In this document: positions 31,269 through 41,332 of the stretch, one piece after another
Layout of the letters: each line of letters starts with the position of its first letter
Position numbering within the stretch: position 1 is the first letter of the stretch
NCBI RefSeq assembly: GCF_030625865.1
Contig: NZ_DAOUQB010000010.1
Span: forward strand, 966 to 64,965
DNA length: 64,000 nucleotides
Direction of reading: 5' to 3'
Source of the DNA: Anaerotignum sp.
GTDB lineage: Bacteria; Bacillota; Clostridia; Lachnospirales; Anaerotignaceae
Notes under the pieces: model-generated
What the model was told of the DNA's origin: nothing
Database searches by the model: none
What the model saw: the letters and a program-made list of their open reading frames with translations, nothing else
Program-made: the position numbers and the translations under genes

Positions 31269-31394
31269 AATTTTGACCAAACTGTTAATCTCGAAACAAG
31301 TTATGTCGATTAACTTTATTGAAGGCGAAGTTTATCAGAATAAGAAACTATTTGGAATATTATTTTCTTGCAATGTCTTTTCGTAAAACAATTT

Positions 31395-31440
31395 GAAAAG
31401 CTGTAAATACCTATTTGTATTTGCAGCTTTTCATATTCTT
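31395..31440 (+). terminator. intrinsic terminator after the MCP gene
   Basis: GAAAAGCTGTAAATAC-ctattt-GTATTTGCAGCTTTTC. It lies inside the ORF-track N-terminal extension of the next gene, which argues for the downstream start. Confidence 0.6.
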
Positions 31441-31498
31441 GATTAATACGAAGAAAAGATATATAAAGAAATCCTATTTCCGAAGGAGGATTGACTTT

Positions 31499-33820
31499 AT
31501 GGTAAATCAAACAAAGAAATTATTCCCCCTGTATTCTCTGCTTTTCTTCTTTGTTTTTTATTTTATCAGTTTTTTATTGCAGAATGACTTATGGGGAAAT
31601 ATCTTTTCTCCTATTGTTGCTTTTCTGTCTTCTATCCTGATCTTTATTTCAATAAAAGATCTAAAAAACTACAAAAGTAATGCAATTCTATTATTTTTAA
31701 GTTGCTTAATTTGGGGAACGGCAGATTTATTGTGGTTAATTTTTGATGAATTCTTGTTCATAAATCCTGAAAAAATTCCTTTTATTAATGTCCTCTATGT
31801 ACTACCAAATATTTTTTTTGCCATACTTTTAACTTTATATATTTATAAGAACCATGAAAATTGGAATACATATCAACTATTTATCGATATTTTCGCTTTC
31901 TGCGCCTTAGGCGCTGTTTTGCTTTGGTCTTTTATTTTTTCCGAAACAAATCATACTTTTGTTTTGGATTTCGACTATATTCTTACCATGTTCTATATAT
32001 TTCTGGACTTCTATGTCATGGTTGAAATTGGTTTAATCTTTTTTTCTAAAAATTTTCACATTGGAAAAAACTTTTTGCTGATATTTTGGGGAATATTTAT
32101 GTATGCCATAACTGATTTTTACTATGCATATCTAACTCTAAACAATGCTTATAAGGCAAATTCTTTCGTTGACATAATTTATATGCTGTGTAATGTGCTT
32201 TTTTCATTGGGTATTCTATATGAAGTTTCTCACCCCTCCGCTTGTACACAAAAACCAGTTGATGAACTCTGTGAGAACTTAAAAAAACCAAAAAAGTTAG
32301 TCTTTTTAATTATTATTATCTTTTATCTTTTATTCTATTTTGATGTTTTCGACTTTACCACATTAATAAATGCTATTGTCATTTGCATTTTCTATTGGGT
32401 TTTATCCATGAATATCAGAACAAATATGCTTGACCGTCTTATGCTAAAAACAGAAAAAGAGATGAATGAACAACTTGAGAAACTCATTAACGAAAGAACG
32501 AAAGAACTAAACCTTGCAAACCAGCATTTAGAAGAAATATCGAATACCGATGCATTAACAGGTTTGTTTAACCGCCGATATTTTATTCAACATCTGGAAA
32601 CATTGATTCATTCTGATAAAGTGAATACATTTGCACTGCTTTACATAGATACCAATAGATTTAAACCCATTAACGATTCCTACGGACACGAAATCGGTGA
32701 TAAAGTTCTGCAAGAATTAGGGTTACGCTTTTCGGCATACAATCTTTCCGAATTAACATGTTTTCGTATCGGCGGAGACGAATTTGCGGTTATTATTGAA
32801 AATTGCTCCGATGTATCTGAGATAACAAATATCGCCCATAAAATATTTGAAATGCTACAACATTCCATTTCTGTCCCCCCCTATTCTTTTACCTTAACTG
32901 CAAGTATTGGTATTGCACGTTACCCCTTGGATGCGGAAGATAAGGATATCTTGATCCGTTATGCAGATATTGCCATGTATGAAGTGAAATCTAAAAGCTA
33001 CAAAAATAATTACATGTTTTTTGACAAGTTATTTATCGAAAAAATTAACAAAAAATATGAAATAGAAGTGCTCTTGCAAAATGCTGACTATGATAACGAA
33101 TTTATGTTATATTATCAACCGCAATACAGCACCGATACCCAAGCCCTCATCGGGATGGAGGCATTGATTCGATGGAAACAGCCGCAAAATGGGCTCATTT
33201 CTCCTTCTGAATTTATCCCTATTGCAGAAGAAACAGGGTTGATTATTCAAATTGGTGAATGGGTAGTGGAAAAAGCGTTTTCTCAGATTAAAAAATGGAA
33301 TGAACTGAATTCCATGGATTTAAAAATGAGTATTAACATCTCTCCCATACAAATCAAAAATACTGATTTTGCAAACTGGTTATGGAAAAAAATGCAAAAT
33401 GAAAAAATTAAGCCAGAATGGATTGATTTGGAAATAACCGAAAGTGTTGCCATGATTTCCACCTCTTCCATTGAAAAAGCTTTTGATTTTTTGAATGAAA
33501 TTGGCGTAAGTATTTCCATTGATGACTTTGGCACGGGATACTCCTCCCTCAGCTATATCCGAAAGTATAATATTGACCGTCTGAAAATAGCAAAGGAATT
33601 AATTGATCATATTGCCTATGATGAAAATGCTTTGCTTATTGTACAAACCATAATCATGATGTCAAGAGGTATGAACCTAAAAACTATTTCCGAAGGTGTA
33701 GAGGATATGGAGCAGCTGGAAATTCTTAAAGAACTGGGATGTGATGAAATTCAAGGTTACATTTTTGGGAAACCCATTCCCAGCTTAGAATTTGAAAAAC
33801 TCCATTTAAATAAAAACTAA
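31499..33820 (+). CDS. multi-TM sensor / GGDEF / EAL c-di-GMP protein
   Basis: Start at MVNQTKK after GAAGGAGGA. About 10 TM helices, RIGGDEF, and EAL-domain motifs (LEITES, DDFGTGYSSLSY, QGYIFGKP). Confidence 0.85.
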   Translation: MVNQTKKLFPLYSLLFFFVFYFISFLLQNDLWGNIFSPIVAFLSSILIFISIKDLKNYKSNAILLFLSCLIWGTADLLWLIFDEFLFINPEKIPFINVLYVLPNIFFAILLTLYIYKNHENWNTYQLFIDIFAFCALGAVLLWSFIFSETNHTFVLDFDYILTMFYIFLDFYVMVEIGLIFFSKNFHIGKNFLLIFWGIFMYAITDFYYAYLTLNNAYKANSFVDIIYMLCNVLFSLGILYEVSHPSACTQKPVDELCENLKKPKKLVFLIIIIFYLLFYFDVFDFTTLINAIVICIFYWVLSMNIRTNMLDRLMLKTEKEMNEQLEKLINERTKELNLANQHLEEISNTDALTGLFNRRYFIQHLETLIHSDKVNTFALLYIDTNRFKPINDSYGHEIGDKVLQELGLRFSAYNLSELTCFRIGGDEFAVIIENCSDVSEITNIAHKIFEMLQHSISVPPYSFTLTASIGIARYPLDAEDKDILIRYADIAMYEVKSKSYKNNYMFFDKLFIEKINKKYEIEVLLQNADYDNEFMLYYQPQYSTDTQALIGMEALIRWKQPQNGLISPSEFIPIAEETGLIIQIGEWVVEKAFSQIKKWNELNSMDLKMSINISPIQIKNTDFANWLWKKMQNEKIKPEWIDLEITESVAMISTSSIEKAFDFLNEIGVSISIDDFGTGYSSLSYIRKYNIDRLKIAKELIDHIAYDENALLIVQTIIMMSRGMNLKTISEGVEDMEQLEILKELGCDEIQGYIFGKPIPSLEFEKLHLNKN

Positions 33821-33828
33821 TCTTTTTA

Positions 33829-33856
33829 AGCCACAGCACTCTGTGGCTATTTTTTT
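33829..33856 (+). terminator. intrinsic terminator
   Basis: AGCCACAG-cact-CTGTGGCT followed by ATTTTTTT. Confidence 0.75.
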
Positions 33857-34050
33857 ACTTGCCATAGATTTATTAAAAATACTATTTTTCTATAACACTT
33901 TTTTCTGAATAATAGGGCTGAATCATTCACAAAAAGGTAAACGATTCAGCCCTATTATCATGTTGTTACTCCTCTGCCTGTAAAATGAACGGTTTTTACA
34001 TGAACAGAAGGTGATCACTTTTTAAACATTTCTTATAAAAGCCTTGATAT

Positions 34051-34689
34051 TTAACCTCTTGCCTCGATAACAATATCCGCAGCTTTACGGCAAATAGATG
34101 TGATTTCTTCCCATGCTTTGCCGTTAATCAATTTATCCGTTACCATAAAAGATCCTCCAACGGCACAAATGCTCTTAAAAGAGAGATATTCCTTTAAATT
34201 ATCTAAATTCACACCACCTGTAGGCATAAACTTAAACTGGTGATAAGGGCTTGACAATGCCTTAATGGTAGCCAAACCACCATACTGCTGTGCCGGGAAA
34301 AATTTAAATGTAGTTAAACCCAAATCGTGTGCTGCTTCAATTTCTGTGGGTGTCACACATCCGGGGAAAATGGGCACATTCTTTTCAATGCAATAAGCCG
34401 CAATTTTAGGATTAAACCCAGGAGATACAATAAACTGTGCCCCTGCCGCTAATGCTCTGTCAACCTGTTCTTTATACAAAACCGTACCCGCGCCAACAAT
34501 CATATCAGGATAGTTTTCACGCATCAGCTTAATTGCTTTATCTGCCCCTTCTGCACGGAAAGTGATTTCCGCAACGGGCAAACCACCCTCTGAAAGTGCC
34601 TTTGCCAGTGGCAATGCATCTTCTTCAGGACGTTCCAATTTAATGACTGGTACTACACCAATTTTAGAAATTTTTTCTGCAATCGTCAT
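34051..34689 (-). CDS. eda: 2-dehydro-3-deoxyphosphogluconate (KDPG) / KHG aldolase
   Basis: 212 aa with ..VVPVIKL..EITFR..GAGTV..FIVSPG..KFFPA..PTGGV.. typical of Eda. Confidence 0.9.
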   Translation of the reverse strand: MTIAEKISKIGVVPVIKLERPEEDALPLAKALSEGGLPVAEITFRAEGADKAIKLMRENYPDMIVGAGTVLYKEQVDRALAAGAQFIVSPGFNPKIAAYCIEKNVPIFPGCVTPTEIEAAHDLGLTTFKFFPAQQYGGLATIKALSSPYHQFKFMPTGGVNLDNLKEYLSFKSICAVGGSFMVTDKLINGKAWEEITSICRKAADIVIEARG

Positions 34690-34701
34690 TTTTTCTCCTC
34701 C

Positions 34702-35796
34702 TTAACGCTGCACTCTGGCTCCTGCGCCACCCATCAATGCTTCTACTTCCTTACGGCTTGCCATGCTTGTATCTCCAGCCGTTGTCATCGCCAATGCACC
34801 ATGAGCCGCACCGTAATTTACCGCAACCTCTGGGTCTCCTGACTCCATCAAACCAAAAATCAAACCGGAAGCAAAACTGTCACCGCCGCCAACACGATCC
34901 ATGATTTCCAAACCATCATATTTCTTAGAGAAATAAATTTCGCCATTTGCCCAGCACATTGCTGCCCAATCGTTTACTGTCGCAGTTTTGACACTTCTTA
35001 AAGTAGTCGCCATTACTTTAAAATTAGGGTATGTTTCAGCGGCTTTTGCCATCATTTTTTTGTAGCCGTCTAAATTCAGCGCAACCAAGTTTTCGTCGTT
35101 TCCTTCAATTTCAAAACCAAGGCATGCTGTGAAATCTTCTTCGTTTCCAATCATAACATCAATATATTTTGCAATTTCTTTATTTACTTCCTGCGCCTTC
35201 TTCTGTCCACCAATAGATTTCCACATAGAAGGACGGTAATTCAAGTCATAGGATACGATGGTTCCGTATTTTTTTGCTGCCTTTACTGCTTCAATGGTTA
35301 CAGCAGCACTATTTTCGGACAATGCCGCAAAAATACCGCCTGTATGCAGCCAACGCACACCTAATGTTCCAAACAGATAATCAAAATCAAATTCACCAGG
35401 CTTAATTTGGGCAATGGCCGTATTGCCTCTATCGGAAACACCTACTGCCCCACGTACACCGTGACCTCTTTCTGTAAAATTCAAGCCATTGCGAACACTT
35501 CTGCCAATTCCGTCATAAGGCAGCCACTTAATAAAAGAAGTATCCACGCCACCCTGCAAAATGAAATCCTCAATCAAACGGCCAATTTCGTTGTCGGCAA
35601 AAGCCGTTAAAATGGCTGTTTTATATCCAAAGCACCGACGAAGTCCACGGGCAACGTTATATTCGCCGCCCCCTTCCCAAGCACGGAACTGTCTGGCTGT
35701 TTTGATTCTTCCCTCACCGGGATCCAATCTTAGCATTACTTCGCCTAAGGAAACCTGATCAAACATACACTCTTCTTTTGGTCTTAACTGAATCAT
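34702..35796 (-). CDS. kdgK: PfkB-family sugar kinase, 2-dehydro-3-deoxygluconokinase-like
   Basis: 364 aa with ..LGEVMLRLDP.. at the N-terminus and the ..DRVGGGDSFASG.. ATP/anion-hole motif. The TAATG overlap with uxaA supports the start. Confidence 0.75.
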   Translation of the reverse strand: MIQLRPKEECMFDQVSLGEVMLRLDPGEGRIKTARQFRAWEGGGEYNVARGLRRCFGYKTAILTAFADNEIGRLIEDFILQGGVDTSFIKWLPYDGIGRSVRNGLNFTERGHGVRGAVGVSDRGNTAIAQIKPGEFDFDYLFGTLGVRWLHTGGIFAALSENSAAVTIEAVKAAKKYGTIVSYDLNYRPSMWKSIGGQKKAQEVNKEIAKYIDVMIGNEEDFTACLGFEIEGNDENLVALNLDGYKKMMAKAAETYPNFKVMATTLRSVKTATVNDWAAMCWANGEIYFSKKYDGLEIMDRVGGGDSFASGLIFGLMESGDPEVAVNYGAAHGALAMTTAGDTSMASRKEVEALMGGAGARVQR

Positions 35797-37268
35797 TATA
35801 ATGTCACCCCATCTTTAAAAATTGCAATTTCTTTGTAATCGTTTTCTTCATTTTTAGCAAGCTTTCCACTAGCTGTATCTTTTAATAAATCCATCAGCTG
35901 TTTTGCTGCTTCTTCAAATGTCGTTCCCTCTAATATCATCCCTGCATTAAAATCAATCCAGTTTGCTTTATGCTCCGCCAGGGCAGAATTTGAGGAAATT
36001 TTCAGTGTGGGAACAACGGTACCAAAAGGTGTTCCTCTTCCTGTGGTAAAAAGAATGATATGGGCACCGGAAGCCGCAAGGTTCGTACAGGATACCATAT
36101 CATTACCAGGACCTGTTAATAAGGAAAGTCCCGGCTTTTTAACAGGCTTGGCATACTCTAAAATATCAGTAACCGTAGCCTGACCGCCTTTTTGAATACA
36201 GCCAAGGGATTTTTCCTCCAGTGTCGTTATTCCCCCTGCCTTGTTACCGGGAGAAGGATTTTCATATACAACCTGGTTATGGCTTACATAGTAGTTTTTA
36301 AACGCATTAATCATAGCTGTTGCTTCGTCAAATACTTCTTTGCTTTCACAACGGGCAAACAAGCTGTCTTCGGCACCAAACATTTCCGGCACCTCCGTCA
36401 AAATTGCCCTTCCCCCTGCGGATGTGTGTAAATCCGTTAAGCGCCCGCAAAGGGGATTTGCGGTGATTCCGGAAAATGCATCGGAGCCTCCGCACTTGAA
36501 ACCGATAATCAGCTCCCTTAAAGGAACTTTTTCTCTTTTGTCTTTTTCTGTAAGCTGGGAAAGGGCTTTTAAAAGGGCTAATCCCTTTTCCATCTCGTCC
36601 TCTTCTTCTTGTGTAATCATAAAGCGAATTCTCTCGCTGTCATACTCGCCTAGAAATGGTTGAAACACGTCGAGGTTGTTGTTTTCACAGCCCAAAGACA
36701 GAACCAAAACACCGCCGGCGTTGGGGTGTTTTACCAAAGCCGCCAAAGTCTTTTGCGTCATGGTCTGATCCTCACCCATTTGGGAACAGCCGTAGGGATG
36801 AGTCACTGCCAGAGCATGAATCCCCATTTTTTCCGCTTCTTTTACCAAGCGCTCCGCCGTTTTATTTACACAACCCACTGTAGGCACAATCCAGATTTCA
36901 TTTCTTACTCCCACAAGACCGTCTTTTCTACGGTAGCCCATAAAATATTCATCCTGCACATTCCAATCATACCCTTGGGTGCCGGAAAATTTATACTCCC
37001 CACTTTCAGCCAGATTAGTTTTCGCATTATGAACATGAACATGTTGTCCTTTTTCAATACTTTTCGTAGCATGTCCAATGGGGCTTCCGTATTTTATAAC
37101 ATTCTCCCCCGCATTAATGGGAAATAGGGCAATCTTATGACCAAAAGGAATATCATCCTTTGCAATAAGCGTAACCTCACCACACTGACAAACCTCATTT
37201 TTTTTTATATCGCAAAGAACAACGGCAACGCTGTCCTTTGGATTTACAATAATCATATTATCCTTCAT
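35796..37268 (-). CDS. uxaA: altronate dehydratase (UxaA/GarD family)
   Basis: 490 aa with an N-terminal SAF domain (..IIVNPKDSVAVVL..) and a C-terminal dehydratase domain, adjacent to uxaB. Confidence 0.8.
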   Translation of the reverse strand: MKDNMIIVNPKDSVAVVLCDIKKNEVCQCGEVTLIAKDDIPFGHKIALFPINAGENVIKYGSPIGHATKSIEKGQHVHVHNAKTNLAESGEYKFSGTQGYDWNVQDEYFMGYRRKDGLVGVRNEIWIVPTVGCVNKTAERLVKEAEKMGIHALAVTHPYGCSQMGEDQTMTQKTLAALVKHPNAGGVLVLSLGCENNNLDVFQPFLGEYDSERIRFMITQEEEDEMEKGLALLKALSQLTEKDKREKVPLRELIIGFKCGGSDAFSGITANPLCGRLTDLHTSAGGRAILTEVPEMFGAEDSLFARCESKEVFDEATAMINAFKNYYVSHNQVVYENPSPGNKAGGITTLEEKSLGCIQKGGQATVTDILEYAKPVKKPGLSLLTGPGNDMVSCTNLAASGAHIILFTTGRGTPFGTVVPTLKISSNSALAEHKANWIDFNAGMILEGTTFEEAAKQLMDLLKDTASGKLAKNEENDYKEIAIFKDGVTL

Positions 37269-37281
37269 GCTTGAACACTCC

Positions 37282-38754
37282 TTAAGCCAGAAGGGAAGCC
37301 AAAACTTCCTTTATTTCTTTTTCTTCCATCGCATTTAAATAGGAAGTAACTAATGCAGTCAAGCCATCGATGGCATTTAAATCAGTACCATTCCAAAAAG
37401 CTGTATTGGATAATACCCCTTGGGCAATGCCCAAAGCGTCCTTTTCTGCCCAAATTTTAGCAAAAAATTCCAATACCTCCATATCATCTTTAATGCTATA
37501 AACCGTACCATCAGCGCGGATTCCCGTATAATGCCCGTTATCCATTGTGCCTTTGTAGAAACGAATAAACGCCGCGAAAGAAAACGCCAAAGCCTTGGGT
37601 AACTTTCCTGTTTCCTCTACATAGCCAAGTAAACTGGGCATACATCTTGCGCACCATTTAGAGCAAGAATTCAATGAAATATCCAGCAATTTATGCTTAA
37701 TATAGGGGTTACGGAAACGGTCTTTAACATCGGAAGCAAACTGTTCCAAATCTTCCTTAGGCAAATCCAAAGTAGGAATAATTTCGTCATATAGAAGTTT
37801 ATCCAAATATTTTTCAAACAAGGGATCATTCATCATTTCCAAAACAATACTATGCCCTGACAGATATGCAGCCAAAACCGTTGCCGTATGCCCACCATTT
37901 AAAATTCTAACCTTACGTTTTTTATATGGCGTTGCATCCTCTGTCCAAATCACATTTGCATCTGTTTTATGAATGGGTAAAATATCTGCCCATTCTTTTT
38001 TCCCTTCAATGACCCAAAGGTTAAATACTTCACTGGTTACCAAACATTTATCCTCATAACCCATTTCATTATAAAAATAATCAAGTTGATCCCCAGGGTA
38101 ACCAGTCACAATACGGTCAACCATGGTAGAACAAAAATGATTGCTCTCTTTTACCCAAGTTTTGAAGTTTTCCTCTAAACCCCATTCCTCAGCATACTGT
38201 AAAACAATGCGCAATAAATTTACCCCATTGTTATCAATTAATTCCACAGGCAAAAAAAGTAATCCTTTCTCTGTTGCGCCGTGAAACACCTGATATCTTT
38301 CATATAAAAATGCACAAACCTTTGCAGGAAAGGACTGCGCCGGTCTATCAGTTAGCTGATCTCCGGCCTTATAAGCAATGCCTGCCTCCGTTGTATTGGA
38401 AATAACCACCTTTAAATCCTGGGAACGAGCCATGTTTAACAAAGCCTCATAATCCTCATAAGGATTGATACAACGAGAAACAGATGTATTCGCCTCAATC
38501 TTTTCTACGGGCTTGCCATTTTCAATTCCCCGCATAATCAATGTATACATACCATTTTGAGAATTAATTACCTCTCCCATCCCCTTTGCAATGGGCTGAC
38601 ACAAAACAATAGAACCATCAAAACAGCCCTGATTATTTGCCTTGTTAATCATCCAATCAGTAAAGGCACGAAGAAAATTTCCTTCCCCAAATTGCAATAC
38701 TTTTTCCTTCAAAGCCGGTGCTTGAGGAGCCAACACTTCATTTATCTTTTTCAT
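37282..38754 (-). CDS. uxaB: tagaturonate reductase (altronate oxidoreductase)
   Basis: Starts MKKINEVL..VLQFGEGNFLRAF (long-chain mannitol-dehydrogenase family signature) after GGAGGT. Confidence 0.8.
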   Translation of the reverse strand: MKKINEVLAPQAPALKEKVLQFGEGNFLRAFTDWMINKANNQGCFDGSIVLCQPIAKGMGEVINSQNGMYTLIMRGIENGKPVEKIEANTSVSRCINPYEDYEALLNMARSQDLKVVISNTTEAGIAYKAGDQLTDRPAQSFPAKVCAFLYERYQVFHGATEKGLLFLPVELIDNNGVNLLRIVLQYAEEWGLEENFKTWVKESNHFCSTMVDRIVTGYPGDQLDYFYNEMGYEDKCLVTSEVFNLWVIEGKKEWADILPIHKTDANVIWTEDATPYKKRKVRILNGGHTATVLAAYLSGHSIVLEMMNDPLFEKYLDKLLYDEIIPTLDLPKEDLEQFASDVKDRFRNPYIKHKLLDISLNSCSKWCARCMPSLLGYVEETGKLPKALAFSFAAFIRFYKGTMDNGHYTGIRADGTVYSIKDDMEVLEFFAKIWAEKDALGIAQGVLSNTAFWNGTDLNAIDGLTALVTSYLNAMEEKEIKEVLASLLA

Positions 38755-38807
38755 AAACCTTATACCTCCAAATTTTTGGTTTAAGATATTCACAGGAACA
38801 GTATACA

Positions 38808-38844
38808 ACATAATTTAGTCTGTTGTATACAACAAAAGCAAAAA
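38808..38844. promoter_or_regulatory. palindromic operator(s), GTATAC core, upstream of uxaB
   Basis: TGTTGTATACAACA (38831-38844) is a perfect 14-bp palindrome. The half-related AGTATACAACA lies at 38810-38820. A further ATGTATACAAT is at 38933-38943. Confidence 0.6.
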
Positions 38845-38965
38845 TATTGTATTTTTGTTTAATCAGACAATATATCACTTTGATTTTTGTGCATTTTGAA
38901 GTAATTATCCTAGGTTTTCCATTTTTATTTTAATGTATACAATCCTTATTTCATTTTTTTGCTTC

Positions 38966-39002
38966 ACAAAAAAAGATGCACCCCCGGTTACAAAGGCACA
39001 TC
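38966..39002 (-). terminator. intrinsic terminator after the GntR gene
   Basis: Minus strand reads GATGTGCC-tttgtaaccgg-GGGTGCATC followed by TTTTTTTG. Confidence 0.6.
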
Positions 39003-39082
39003 ATACTTTTATCCTTTATTTTTATTTTATTTTATATTCTGTGCATCAAAAATCATAGTAAAGCATAATTAAAATTACTTTT

Positions 39083-39739
39083 TTACATTTCTGTAGTTTT
39101 ATTACTTAACACCAAGTCAAATGTTGCATTTTTTGATGCCAACAGATGGGCTTCCATCTCCTTTGCCGCTAATTCCCAGTTATGTTTTAAACAAGCAGTC
39201 ACTATTTTTAAGTGCTCCTGATTGGTTCTTTCTAATCGCAAATCAACAAACTGCCCTGTCAAAACTCGAAACCGCAGGTTTTGATTGTGAATCCAATCAT
39301 AGGTTTTTAACAGATAAGGATTCTGGATCGCTTCAACAATGCTAACATGAAAGGTGTCATCCAATGAATAATATTCTTCCTCGCTAAAAGTATGGGCAGG
39401 GGAGGAAAAAGTATCATAATATTTATAAATTACTTCATCCTTAATTTTCGACCCATATTTCAAAAGCGCATAGGGTTCATAAAGGAGGCGAACCTCAAAT
39501 ATTAAATTAATATCATTAATCGACAAACCTGACACCTCGATGCCCTTTTTGGGCAAAATGGAAATCAATCCTTCCTGCTCCAATCGGCTGAGGGCATCAC
39601 GTATTGGTGTTCTGCTTACATGCAGCTCTTCCCTCAAGGATTCCTCGTTCAACATCGCTCCCGGTGCATATTCACAGCGAATAATTTTCTCTTTTATTGC
39701 GTAATACGCTTTTTGCTTTAAGCTTTCCTTTCCAGCCAT
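39083..39739 (-). CDS. GntR-family (FadR/FCD subfamily) transcriptional regulator
   Basis: ..LNEESLREELHVSRTPIRDALSRLEQEGLI.. winged HTH and an all-helical C-terminal domain. Confidence 0.85.
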   Translation of the reverse strand: MAGKESLKQKAYYAIKEKIIRCEYAPGAMLNEESLREELHVSRTPIRDALSRLEQEGLISILPKKGIEVSGLSINDINLIFEVRLLYEPYALLKYGSKIKDEVIYKYYDTFSSPAHTFSEEEYYSLDDTFHVSIVEAIQNPYLLKTYDWIHNQNLRFRVLTGQFVDLRLERTNQEHLKIVTACLKHNWELAAKEMEAHLLASKNATFDLVLSNKTTEM

Positions 39740-40145
39740 TCAATGTGCCTCCCCCAAAAAAGTTGGATAAAGTATACTACATAATCTTTCATTTGCAAAG
39801 GGAAAAACAAAAATTATTCAAAACTATTCTTACAAAATCCATTTACCTTATGCAAAATTAAGTTGTTTCCCCTTTTTTTCTGTTATAAAAGAACTTGCCC
39901 TTAAGCTTTTATAGCCGGTTTTTTAAATAATAAAATCAACAATAAACAACATCATTCCCTTTTTGGATACATCAATAGACAAAATTTTATCTTCCACGTA
40001 GACTTTCGAAATTACGCTTATCCTTTATTTTTCATAAATTTACTTATTCTTCAAATTTAAGCGTATTTATTTGTCTATATTGCTTAAAAATACACTATGA
40101 AAATTGTTTATACTATTGAAAATTAAGTCTGGTTTCATTTTTAAG

Positions 40146-40201
40146 TTGACACATGCCAGTGTCTGCAATTATACTCCTCTTATAGAGTGATGTATACATC
40201 A
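40146..40201 (+). promoter_or_regulatory. promoter plus palindromic operator of the dehydrogenase-TRAP operon
   Basis: TTGACA (40146-40151), 18 nt, TATACT (40170-40175). The perfect palindrome TGATGTATACATCA (40188-40201) lies just downstream. Confidence 0.6.
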
Positions 40202-40248
40202 AAAGAAGCAGTGGCATATCGCTGTTGAAAAGGAAGGTATTTTATATT

Positions 40249-41280
40249 ATGAAAGCACTTAAAATTAACTCACCGGGAAATGTTTCAATTGCCGAAATTG
40301 AAAAACCTATTCCCAAAGAAGGCGAAGCCTTATTAAAACTTCTGTATGGAGGTATATGCGGTAGTGATTTGAGCTCTTACCGTGGAGCAAATGCTTATGT
40401 TTCCTACCCTCGTATTCCTGGACACGAGTTTTCAGCAGAAATCGTTGAGGTTGGCGAAAATAAATACGGGTTAAAACCTGGCATGATAGTAACCTGCAAT
40501 CCATACTTTAACTGCGGTGAATGTTACTCCTGTCAAAAAGGAAGGGTCAATGTATGTCAGGATAATCAGACTATGGGAGTTCAGCGGGAAGGCGCATTTA
40601 GTGAATATATCACCATGCCAGTGGAAAGAATCTACGATGGAAAAGGTTTGGATGGAGAAACACTTGCTTTGATCGAACCTTTTTGCATCAGCTACCATGG
40701 TGTATCCCGGGCAGAAGTAAAACCCGGCGATAAAGTTCTGATCATGGGTGCCGGCACCATTGGTGTTTTGGCTGCCATTGCGGCAAAAGCAAAAGGTGCA
40801 GAAGTAACCATCTGCGATGTGGCAGAAGAAAAATTAAACTATGCTTATGAAACCTTTAAAATTAATCATAAGCTTTTAAACAGCTCTCCCGATGCATTTC
40901 AAAAGGGTGTAGCCGAATTAACAAATGAAAATGGCTTTGACGTAGCAATTGAAGCTGTAGGGCTGCCTGCTACGTTCCAAAACTGTATCGATGCTGCCTG
41001 TTTTGGCGGTAAGGTCGTTTTGATTGGCGTTTCAAAGAAAAACATTGACGATTTCTTCTTTACAATAATCCAGAAAAAAGAACTAAATATTTATGGTTCC
41101 CGTAATGCACTGGAAAAAGATTTTAAAGAATTGATCGACTTGGTATTACATCATGATGTAAAATTAAATAAAGTTATAACAAACCGTTATAACTGGACAG
41201 ACGGTTCTCAGGCACTTGCAGATTTTTCTGAAAATGCCAATAAAATGTTAAAGGTTGTGCTGGACTTCACCCAATCTTAA
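40249..41280 (+). CDS. Zn-dependent MDR dehydrogenase, L-galactonate 5-dehydrogenase (LgoD)-like
   Basis: ..GICGSDL..SYPRIPGHE..C..C..C.., ALIEPFCISYHGV and GSRNA..DF resemble E. coli LgoD as I recall it. Substrate is inferred from context. Confidence 0.55.
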   Translation: MKALKINSPGNVSIAEIEKPIPKEGEALLKLLYGGICGSDLSSYRGANAYVSYPRIPGHEFSAEIVEVGENKYGLKPGMIVTCNPYFNCGECYSCQKGRVNVCQDNQTMGVQREGAFSEYITMPVERIYDGKGLDGETLALIEPFCISYHGVSRAEVKPGDKVLIMGAGTIGVLAAIAAKAKGAEVTICDVAEEKLNYAYETFKINHKLLNSSPDAFQKGVAELTNENGFDVAIEAVGLPATFQNCIDAACFGGKVVLIGVSKKNIDDFFFTIIQKKELNIYGSRNALEKDFKELIDLVLHHDVKLNKVITNRYNWTDGSQALADFSENANKMLKVVLDFTQS

Positions 41281-41332
41281 GGGTGTGTTCATAAAATTAT
41301 GCAAAAAACAAGAATTGAAAGGGGAAAAGAAA

